Origin: an uncultured Bacilli bacterium
GTDB taxonomy: Bacteria; Bacillota_I; Bacilli_A; RF39; UBA660
Length of the DNA: 64,000 nt
Direction of reading: 5' to 3'
Assembly: GCA_944359625.1 (NCBI GenBank)
Contig: CALVSW010000006.1
Coordinates: 5,070 to 69,069 of the forward strand
The notes under the pieces were generated by a model, which did no database searches, had not been told where the DNA came from, and worked only from the letters and a program-made list of their open reading frames with translations. The position numbers were made by a program, and so were the translations under genes. Positions 8,788 through 16,580 of the stretch are shown one piece after another; positions within the stretch are counted from its first letter, which is position 1; each line of letters begins with the position of its first letter.

Positions 8788-9984
8788 ACATGTTTCTTTG
8801 CCAAAAAGGAGGGATGAAAAATGAAATCATGGAAACATTTGACATTTGAACAAAGAAAAGTTATATCTAACGGAATATCTCATAAGTATAAATTAAAAGA
8901 AATTGCTGAAGCTTTAGGCTATGATCCAACTAGTATATCTAAAGAAGTTAAGCGAAACAGAGAACAAATTACAATAGGAAAAAATGTTACTGATTGTAAT
9001 AAAATAAACAGATGGCCTTTCGTTTGTACAGGCTGTAATAAAAGATATAATAATCAATGTTGTTTTACTAAATATAAATATGATGCAAAAAAAGCTCAAG
9101 ATAAGGCTGATGTTAATTTAGTTAATTCTAGAAAAGGAATTGATATTACCTCTGAAGAATTTCAAAAGCTAGATAAAATAGTTAAAGATGGTGTTGATGA
9201 TAAGAAGTCCATTTATCAAATAACCATAGAAAATAAAGATGAAATAGATAAATCAGTAACTACTATATATAGATATGTGAATAAAGGCTATTTAACAACA
9301 AAAAGAATGGACTTACCTTATGCGGTTACTTACAAGAAAAGAAACCATAATAAAAAGTATGAGTATTCTGAAAATAAGAAAATTGACAGAACAGGTCATA
9401 CTTATATTGATTATCTTGCCTATATACACAAACATCCAGGAATCTATGTCTGGCAACTAGATTTTCTTGGATCCATTAAGACAGATAACAATAATATTTT
9501 ATCATTAATTCTACCAGATTTGCAATTTTGTTTACTTGACTTAATAAAAAATCCTAACCAAGAAAAAGTAGTAGAGTTTTTTGATGAACTAGAGGAAAAG
9601 ATTGGAATTGATGCATTCGAGGAATTAATACCAGTTATTTTAACTGACAGAGATCCTAATTTTACTGATATTGAAGGTATATGTTTTTCAAAAATAACAG
9701 GAGAAGAAAGATGTAAATTATTCTTTTGTGATGCTTATGTATCTAATCAAAAGCCAAACGTAGAAAATTTAAACAAACAATTAAGATTATTTTTTCCAAA
9801 AGGTAAAACTATAGACAAATACACAAAACAAGATATAAAAAACATTAACGAAACACTTCTAAATAGGCCATTAAAATCATTGGATAGTTATACTCCAAAA
9901 GAGGCTTTTATTAATGTATTTGATGAAGATTTATTTAATAAACTGTTTTAGCTAGCTAAAATCGTTTTGGGCAAAGAAACAAAC
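8788..9984 (+). mobile_element. IS30-family insertion sequence (ends approximate)
   Basis: The transposase ORF is tightly bracketed by the inverted repeat tgtttctttgccaaaa (8791-8806) and ttttgggcaaagaaaca (9966-9982). The resulting size of about 1.2 kb fits the IS30 family. A second, outer imperfect IR pair leaves the ends uncertain. Confidence 0.6.
8821..9951 (+). CDS. IS30-family DDE transposase
   Basis: N-terminal HTH HLTFEQRKVISNGIS...IAEALGYDPTSISKEVKRNRE. The catalytic region has WQLDFLG, LTDRDPNF and NVENLNKQLRLFFPKGK, and the C-terminus reads NRPLKSLDSYTPKEAF. Confidence 0.85.
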   Translation: MKSWKHLTFEQRKVISNGISHKYKLKEIAEALGYDPTSISKEVKRNREQITIGKNVTDCNKINRWPFVCTGCNKRYNNQCCFTKYKYDAKKAQDKADVNLVNSRKGIDITSEEFQKLDKIVKDGVDDKKSIYQITIENKDEIDKSVTTIYRYVNKGYLTTKRMDLPYAVTYKKRNHNKKYEYSENKKIDRTGHTYIDYLAYIHKHPGIYVWQLDFLGSIKTDNNNILSLILPDLQFCLLDLIKNPNQEKVVEFFDELEEKIGIDAFEELIPVILTDRDPNFTDIEGICFSKITGEERCKLFFCDAYVSNQKPNVENLNKQLRLFFPKGKTIDKYTKQDIKNINETLLNRPLKSLDSYTPKEAFINVFDEDLFNKLF

Positions 9985-10217
9985 TACAAAAACTGCAATA
10001 AGTTTAAAAAACGGAAATAACCTCCGTAATTTTGTCATGCAAAAATTTAAGTAATACTAGTTAATATTAGGCAAAATTAAAAGACTTATTTCCGCTTTTA
10101 TATTCCAAAGCAGCAATAAGTCTCGTAAATTAAATGTTACTTCATAAACCTGCATTTAGTCTAAAAATTCACGTTATTGTAATTAGTTAGTTTCTTTCAA
10201 TTTTCCTAATACAATGA

Positions 10218-11212
10218 CTAGTCTTTAGCCTCTGTTTCATTTAATACTTTTTCAACTTCACTAATTAATTGCTCTTTATTAGGAATATAATAAGTATAAG
10301 TAGAAGCAAAAATATTATTAGATAAACCACCTAAAGCATATTCCATAGCTACTTCTTTTTTACTCTTACAAAGAATAATTCCTATTGATTTATTATCATA
10401 TTCATCATTTACTTCAGCATTATAGTAATTTAAATACATATTCATTTGTCCTGCGTATTCTGGCTTCATGGTACCAATTTTCAAATCTATTAAAACATAG
10501 CATTTTAAGATTTTATTATAGAAAACCATATCTACATAATAATGAGTATTCCCCAAAGTTACTCTTTGTTGTGTTCCTACAAACATAAATCATTTACCTA
10601 ATTCAAGTAGAAATTCTTCCATATGATGAACTAATTTTCTTTCTAAATCTTTCTCCAAAATAGGTTTTGGTTCTTTAATATCTAAAAATTCAAAAACATA
10701 TGGTTCTTTTAAAATATCATCAGGTTTGGCTAATGTTTGCCCAACTTTTGATAATTCATATACCTTTTCTTTATTATTTTGTCCATCAGATAACAATAAT
10801 CTTTCATATAATGAAGTTTCTAATTGTCTTTTTAACTCTCTAACACTCCAATTTGAATTAACGCATTCTTTTTCATAAAAACTTCTTTCATCATCGTTCT
10901 CAATACTTAATAATTCACAATAATGTGACCAGCTCAATTTAACAGACAGTGTCTGTTGTTTTGGGTATTTAAGATAAAATCTACGCATATATTGTAGATT
11001 TGATACCGAAAAACCAGAGCCTAAAATTTTTCTTAATTCTTTTGAAAGCTCCTTTAAGACTTGTTTACCATATTCAGCTTTAATATTTCCATTTTACTCG
11101 TTCTCAACAATAATTCTACCAACATCCAATAAGCTAGTAACATTGTATTATTTACTTCATAAGCAATTTTATTTCTACTACTAATAATTATATCTTTAAT
11201 TTCTTCAATCAT
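10218..11212 (-). pseudogene. DUF1016 / YhcG-like PDDEXK nuclease, inactivated by three lesions
   Basis: Two in-frame track ORFs (10590-10988 and 10218-10586) are separated by a TGA within LELGK*FMFVGTQ. Upstream lie an in-frame TAA (VENE*NGNIKAEYGKQ) and a 1-nt frameshift after LLAYW. The C-terminus VDMVFYNKILKCYVLIDLKIG...GQMNMYLNYY is the PD-(D/E)xK core. Confidence 0.7.
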
Positions 11213-11391
11213 TTGTATATTTTTTTTCTAACATAATGGCTCCTTTCCAAATTCTTCAGCCACATCTGAAAATCTTAAAAACCTTAATATTATTTTACCA
11301 TATAATTTACTAATAAACAGATGTTATTTATATTTATAAATTAAAATTATCAATGTATTCAGACACTTTTCGACTATGCGATTTAAAATTT

Positions 11392-11416
11392 AAAAAAACG
11401 AACTATTACTAGTTCG
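11392..11416 (-). terminator. intrinsic terminator of ssrA
   Basis: On the minus strand: cgaact-agtaat-agttcg followed by ttttttt, 15 nt after the tmRNA CCA end. Confidence 0.7.
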
Positions 11417-11430
11417 AGTAATTATCAATT

Positions 11431-11790
11431 TGGTGGAGCAGAGGAGAATTGAACTCCTGTCCAAATTACTTGAATATAAATATCTACAAGTTTAGTTAAT
11501 ATTTAAAATTTATTATAAAACTGGCTTTAACTTACCTATTTTATAACTAGATTAGTTAAATTCGTTATACTACCCTAATCAAATAATATAATATAACTTA
11601 TATCTATAAATCTTTAGCTTAACCTATAAGTGAAATTAAGTAAAGATACTCCATTACTTTATATTAAGCAAAAACAGGAGTAGCATTGAAACTATAAGTT
11701 TCGTCATTTAATTTTAATTTGTCGTTTTAAGTCATACAAGACTACTTGCAATCTATACTCAACATAACCTGTCGAAACCATTACTGCCCC
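11431..11790 (-). ncRNA. ssrA: tmRNA (transfer-messenger RNA)
   Basis: The minus strand starts GGGGCAGTAATGGTTTCGACAGG and ends GGACAGGAGTTCAATTCTCCTCTGCTCCACCA (T-arm, acceptor stem and CCA). It contains an internal tag reading frame ...DKLKLNDETYSFNATPVFA-TAA. Confidence 0.9.
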
Positions 11791-11799
11791 ATACAATTA

Positions 11800-11828
11800 A
11801 TTTTATCATAATAATAAATTCGATGCAA
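11800..11828 (-). promoter_or_regulatory. sigma-A-type promoter of ssrA
   Basis: Minus strand: TTGCAT, 17 nt spacer (with TGn), TAAAAT. The -10 ends about 9 nt before the GGGG 5' end. Confidence 0.6.
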
Positions 11829-11830
11829 GT

Positions 11831-11859
11831 TTGACAGTAAATTACTCATATGCTATAAT
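11831..11859 (+). promoter_or_regulatory. perfect consensus sigma-A promoter of the 11912-16260 operon
   Basis: TTGACA (11831-11836), 17 nt spacer, TATAAT (11854-11859). The track ORF start at 11831 is actually the TTG of the -35 box. Confidence 0.7.
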
Positions 11860-11911
11860 TCAAGTAGGAAGATACATTGTGTCTATTAAGATTCAGGGGG
11901 GAATGATAATA

Positions 11912-12970
11912 ATGAAAATAGATATTGATGAATTTTATAAGGAATTAGGAATTTCTAAAAGAGCAAGTAAAAATACTATTAGGGAAGCTTATACTAGATG
12001 GTTTTTAGAATGGGATAGTAAAGATACTCATACTGAAGAAGATTATGAGAAATTATATTATATGTGCAAAATTAAAAATGAATTATTAAATGCAGAAAAA
12101 AAAGATAATGATTACCAACGTGTAACTGATATGGAAGAAGCACCAGTTAAAACAGTAACATCTGGGAAATTATTAATAGCTTCTTTAGGTACAATTGCTT
12201 TAACAACTGCTATTGTAGCTACTTTATTAAATTCAGAAATTAATAAAACTAAAGAAAATAATAAAGAGATAAATTCTAGTACTAGTATAGCAGCTAGTAG
12301 TGATACTAATTTAATAGAAGAAACTAATGAAGCAAGTACTAGTGTTGTTTTAAATGATTATGTAAATGATAATGATTTTATGGAAAATTTAGCACAAGAA
12401 GAATGGCAAAAAATAAGTTTAATTAAAAATAGTGATAGTACTTTTGCACCAAGTATATATGATTCTAATGTATTGTATGAAATTATTAGATGGATTCATC
12501 ATGGAGAACCAATATATACAGGAGATTGGATTTTATCTAATGAAGATGCTAATGCAAGATTATCAGAATTAGTAAGCACTTCATATGATGTATCCCAATT
12601 ATATAAAGGAACTAGCATTTATTCTAATATTAATAAGTTAAGAAATGCTATTAGTAAAATAACACCTGAAAACGGGAGTTATAATGATGAATTAGATGCG
12701 TATAAAGATTTAAAAGATGTCTTAGAAAATATGGATACTAATAACTTTGTTGAAGTAATTACTATTAGAGTATTAGCAAAATATATGATATCTGATGCTC
12801 GTTACACTACGATGCGTGATATTGCTTTTGATAAATCAAATTTAAGTTCTGCTGATGTTCAATTATGTAAAGATGCTTTTAATAAAGTAAATGATGATAC
12901 AATATTTAGTATTAGTCTTCAAAATGCGATAAATGAAGATAAAGCTAATAAAGGGAGAGTTTTATCATAA
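11912..12970 (+). CDS. single-pass membrane protein with a degenerate J-domain-like N-terminus
   Basis: ATG 11912 follows a GGGGGGA RBS. FYKELGISKRASKNTIREAYTRW resembles DnaJ helices I-II, but the HPD position reads WDS. A TM helix (LLIASLGTIALTTAIVATLL) is followed by an external domain of about 220 aa. Confidence 0.6.
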   Translation: MKIDIDEFYKELGISKRASKNTIREAYTRWFLEWDSKDTHTEEDYEKLYYMCKIKNELLNAEKKDNDYQRVTDMEEAPVKTVTSGKLLIASLGTIALTTAIVATLLNSEINKTKENNKEINSSTSIAASSDTNLIEETNEASTSVVLNDYVNDNDFMENLAQEEWQKISLIKNSDSTFAPSIYDSNVLYEIIRWIHHGEPIYTGDWILSNEDANARLSELVSTSYDVSQLYKGTSIYSNINKLRNAISKITPENGSYNDELDAYKDLKDVLENMDTNNFVEVITIRVLAKYMISDARYTTMRDIAFDKSNLSSADVQLCKDAFNKVNDDTIFSISLQNAINEDKANKGRVLS

Positions 12971-12993
12971 TATAATTTTATTTAGGAGATACT

Positions 12994-13929
12994 ATGAAAA
13001 TAAATAAGTATGAATATGATGATGATCAAAAATTAACAAATGAAGGTAATAAGATTATAAAAGGTTTAAGTATTTCGGCACTTTCTTTAATAATTTTATT
13101 AAATTCCTGTTCAATATATAATAGTTTAGTGAATAATAATTCAGAAAAAAATTTAGAAAAAGATGCTAAAAAGATAACTAGTTCAAGTGTGGTTGCATCC
13201 GTAGCTAGTAATCCTAATTACGAGATTAATTATAGTTATGTAGAAGAATTTTATAATAATTTATTAGAGTATAAAACAAGATATGGTAATGATTTTGCAA
13301 GTTCTATAAATACTTTAGATGATGCTAAGAGTTTATATAATTTTATTATAAAATTTGATGATATGTATGCTTATTTTAATGGTACTACTAATATAACTTC
13401 TATAGAAGAATATGAAAATATATTAAATTCTTTTTATAATTCGTGCATAAAATATGATGTAAAACCTTTCTTAAGTATAATGTTTAAAGATAAAGGTTAT
13501 TATTATCAATTATTAAGTGAAGCTGAAGGATTAGTTTATAATTTAAAAAATTCATTAAATAATGATTATTCTATTGCTAATCAATACTTTGCTTGGTTAG
13601 GGACAAATTTATGGTATGGTAAAACATCAGTTATTACTAATAAGATTAGTGCACCATATATCTATTTATTAATGGTTCAATATACTGATTATAAAAAATG
13701 TGGTAATATGAGTTTAGCTATAAAATATGGGAAGAATAATGTTTTAGATATAGATGGCCGGTATGATTTTACTTGTCCTGCTGGAGTAGATCAATTTATT
13801 AGAGGATATAAGGTTTATGATGATAATGGTAATTTAATAGATAAAAATAAATTTCATGAAGTTTTAATCGATTTAATTAATAATCAATGTCAAATATATC
13901 AACAAAATGAATTAAAAAGAAGTAGGTAG
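12994..13929 (+). CDS. N-terminally anchored (possibly lipoprotein) envelope protein, function unknown
   Basis: AGGAGAT RBS. The hydrophobic N-terminus LSISALSLIILLNSCS has a lipobox-like Cys. No family recognised. Confidence 0.6.
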   Translation: MKINKYEYDDDQKLTNEGNKIIKGLSISALSLIILLNSCSIYNSLVNNNSEKNLEKDAKKITSSSVVASVASNPNYEINYSYVEEFYNNLLEYKTRYGNDFASSINTLDDAKSLYNFIIKFDDMYAYFNGTTNITSIEEYENILNSFYNSCIKYDVKPFLSIMFKDKGYYYQLLSEAEGLVYNLKNSLNNDYSIANQYFAWLGTNLWYGKTSVITNKISAPYIYLLMVQYTDYKKCGNMSLAIKYGKNNVLDIDGRYDFTCPAGVDQFIRGYKVYDDNGNLIDKNKFHEVLIDLINNQCQIYQQNELKRSR

Positions 13930-13938
13930 GTGGATTTT

Positions 13939-16260
13939 ATGTACGATAATAATGAATTTAGAATTCATATTGAATGGAAGAATGTTTTAATTAAATTAGT
14001 TTTGATTATATTATTTGTTTTATTGTTAGTATGGGTACTTCCAATTCCTAAATTAGATACTTTTTATAATAGAGTATTTAATGATAATATTAATACTATG
14101 AAAGAAGCTGCTAAAAATTATTTTCTTAGCAATAATTTACCTGAAAATATTGGTGAGTCTAATACTATTAAATTAGGTGATATGGTAAATAAAAATTTAA
14201 TAGTTGAATTTACTGATAAAAATAATAATAAATGTAGTGATAGCAATTCGCTTTCAACTATTACTAAAACAGATTCTAATGAATATGTTCTTAAAACCAT
14301 GTTAACATGTGGGGAAGAAAATGATTATGTACTAGAAACATTAATAAATTATACAAATAATAATAATGTAGCAAATAATAATGTGGTTAATGGTAATAGT
14401 AATGATAATAATGTTGATAAAAAACCGACAAGTAATTCTTTAAATAATGAAGAAGATGATGAAGAAGATTTAATATTAGAAAATGGTGTATATGATAAAG
14501 ATGGTAATTTAACAGGAATTACGGAATATGAATTTAAGAAACCAATTTATAATACTACTAATACTTATACTTGTCCACAAGGTTATGTTTTAAAGGGAAA
14601 AACATGTTATAAATATGAAAGTGGAGAAACTATTTCTGCTACGCCTTTATATTTTGATGATATAACAACTATAAAAGATGCTTTAAAAAATGTTACTGGA
14701 TCTTATAAAGTTTATGCTGATGCTATAAAAGAAAAAGATAAAGTAAATAAAACTTGCCCAGATGGGTATACATTAAATAATGGTGTATGTTATACATATA
14801 TTGAGGCTACTGTAAAACCAGGCACTACTAAATACGAATGTCCTGCTGGTTATAGTTTAAAAGGGACAAAATGTATTGATGAAATTGAACCTAATTATAG
14901 AGTAATTCATGAAAATGAATATAAATGTCCTGATGGGTATACATTAAGTGGTTCAAAATGTACTATTACGAAGAATGCTCAAGTAAAATATGAATCTGAA
15001 AAAGAATATTATTGTAGTTATGCTTCTGATAGATTATTAGGAACTAGTTGTTATTATAATGCAACTTATCATTCTGGTGGTAGTAGTTGTAGTTGTAATC
15101 CTGGTGATCAATTAGTAGGTAGTATTTGTTATAAAACTGAGTCTTATGCTCCAACTTACACTCCAGGAAGTCAATCTTGTTCTTGTCCTAGTGGTACTAC
15201 TGCATCTGGCAATCAATGTGTATCAACTTATACAGCTACTAATAATTCCCATTGGGGTAATCCAACTGTAATTCAATCAAATAAATTAATGAATGAATAT
15301 AATAATGGGTCTGAAAAACTAGAATATACTGGAAAATATAATTGTAGTTTAAGTGGATGTACTTATTATTATAATAAATATAAATGGGAAAAATCTTATA
15401 GTTGTCCAAATGGTGGTAGTCTAAGTGGTACTACTTGTTATAAGTATAGTCAACCTAATTGTAGTACCGGTGGTGGTAGTTATAAGTGTAGTGATGGAAC
15501 ATATCCAGTAAATAATGTATGTTATAGAAAAACTACATATAATGCTAATTGTTCTACTTCTAATGGGTATTATACATGTTCTAAAAAAGGAACATTATTA
15601 GGAACTAGTTGCTATTATGCTGCAAGTTATAGAACTAATTCAAGTAGTTATGAATATTGTGATACTGGATATACTTTAAGTAATCATAAGTGTAGTCGCA
15701 CTGTGAATGCTGAACTTGTTAATGCAGATTTAAAGATTCCTTATTGCGATAATGATAATGGTTATTATTTAGACGATAATAATATGTGTGTTAAAACTAT
15801 TGATGCTACTAAAAATACAACAGAAACTCAATATACATGTCCTGAAGGATATACTAAAGAAGGTACAACATGTTATAAAACAATTGAACCTACTGAAGAA
15901 ATAACTTATAAATATTCTTGTCCTGAAGATTATGAATTAACAAATAAAGATAATAAGCCTATTTGTTTTAAAGAAATTGAAAGTACGACAGAATATTATT
16001 GTGAAGATAAAGAAGCTACTCTTCAAGGTGATAAATGTATTGTTAATAAAAAAGGTGGTTTAAAAGGATATACTTGTCCTAAAGACTATATATTAAATGG
16101 TGATAAATGTGTATTAGAAAGAACTACATGCATTGATGCTACTTTAGAGACAAATACAACTACTACATATGAATATACATGGAGTACTAATAAGTATTTA
16201 GAAGGTTGGACACCAACTGGTAATACTAGAGTTACTAGTGCTAATGATTATATAAAATAA
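13939..16260 (+). CDS. N-terminally anchored cysteine-hairpin repeat protein (about 17 CPxGYxLxGxxC units)
   Basis: The start is probably ATG 13939, behind GGTGG (the track uses GTG 13930, directly after the previous stop). Order of parts: TM helix VLIKLVLIILFVLLLVWVL, a roughly 100-aa head domain with one Cys pair, an N/D/E-rich linker, then the repeat array. Confidence 0.75.
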   Translation: MYDNNEFRIHIEWKNVLIKLVLIILFVLLLVWVLPIPKLDTFYNRVFNDNINTMKEAAKNYFLSNNLPENIGESNTIKLGDMVNKNLIVEFTDKNNNKCSDSNSLSTITKTDSNEYVLKTMLTCGEENDYVLETLINYTNNNNVANNNVVNGNSNDNNVDKKPTSNSLNNEEDDEEDLILENGVYDKDGNLTGITEYEFKKPIYNTTNTYTCPQGYVLKGKTCYKYESGETISATPLYFDDITTIKDALKNVTGSYKVYADAIKEKDKVNKTCPDGYTLNNGVCYTYIEATVKPGTTKYECPAGYSLKGTKCIDEIEPNYRVIHENEYKCPDGYTLSGSKCTITKNAQVKYESEKEYYCSYASDRLLGTSCYYNATYHSGGSSCSCNPGDQLVGSICYKTESYAPTYTPGSQSCSCPSGTTASGNQCVSTYTATNNSHWGNPTVIQSNKLMNEYNNGSEKLEYTGKYNCSLSGCTYYYNKYKWEKSYSCPNGGSLSGTTCYKYSQPNCSTGGGSYKCSDGTYPVNNVCYRKTTYNANCSTSNGYYTCSKKGTLLGTSCYYAASYRTNSSSYEYCDTGYTLSNHKCSRTVNAELVNADLKIPYCDNDNGYYLDDNNMCVKTIDATKNTTETQYTCPEGYTKEGTTCYKTIEPTEEITYKYSCPEDYELTNKDNKPICFKEIESTTEYYCEDKEATLQGDKCIVNKKGGLKGYTCPKDYILNGDKCVLERTTCIDATLETNTTTTYEYTWSTNKYLEGWTPTGNTRVTSANDYIK
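14560..16135 (+). repeat. intragenic array of about 17 degenerate 25-45-aa coding repeats, each with a 10-14-residue Cys-Cys loop
   Basis: Examples: YTCPQGYVLKGKTCYKYE, KTCPDGYTLNNGVCYTYIE, YECPAGYSLKGTKCIDEIE, YKCPDGYTLSGSKCTITK, CSCNPGDQLVGSICYKTE, YTCPEGYTKEGTTCYKTIE, YTCPKDYILNGDKCVLE. Confidence 0.85.
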
Positions 16261-16265
16261 TAATT

Positions 16266-16296
16266 AAGAAGTGATAAAATAAATCACTTCTTTTAT
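16266..16296 (+). terminator. intrinsic terminator of the three-gene operon
   Basis: aagaagtgat-aaaataa-atcacttctt followed by a T-rich tract, 6 nt after the stop codon. Confidence 0.7.
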
Positions 16297-16320
16297 TATG
16301 AGATATTAAAAAAACAGCTA

Positions 16321-16566
16321 TTAAAGCTGTGATTTTAATATCCTTGTTAATATAATAATAAGTTCTGGATCCGTAACAGGTTTTACAAAAACATCATTAC
16401 CATCAATTATTTCTTCAATAATTTTAACCTTATTTGGAATTATATCCTTATTATCATTTACACCCATTACTAGAAAATACTTTATACCACCATACATTGT
16501 TTCATTTAATAGAATATATTTTTCATTATTTTCCAAAGTTATTACGGTATTAGTTCTTAATCCCAT
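16321..16566 (-). CDS. small conserved-looking protein, paralog family member A (81 aa)
   Basis: It shares a pattern (L.N..KY.IL...Y.G..Y......D......V....V.D.EL..IL) with the ORFs at 48557-48814 and 51152-51409. It lies 14 nt downstream of the coiled-coil gene. Confidence 0.6.
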   Translation of the reverse strand: MGLRTNTVITLENNEKYILLNETMYGGIKYFLVMGVNDNKDIIPNKVKIIEEIIDGNDVFVKPVTDPELIIILTRILKSQL

Positions 16567-16580
16567 AGTATCTCTCCTAA

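Noticed and set aside
10587-10592. The in-frame TGA inside the DUF1016 gene might indicate a TGA sense-codon reassignment (Mollicutes code 4, or Gly in code 25), which would suit the Mollicutes-like traits.
   Set aside because: TGA clearly terminates well-conserved genes in the same window. secY ends ...RGRRRR-TGA at 21416-21418, and the TGS-kinase ends at 37355-37357; both are in ATGA overlaps. The only tRNA-Trp seen has anticodon CCA. The same gene also carries a TAA and a frameshift, so a nonsense mutation in a pseudogene is the simpler reading.
11831-11911. The track ORF extends the first operon gene upstream to a TTG at 11831.
   Set aside because: That TTG is the first three bases of a perfect TTGACA -35 box. 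A good RBS (GGGGGGA) precedes ATG 11912, so the upstream 27 codons are promoter and 5' UTR.
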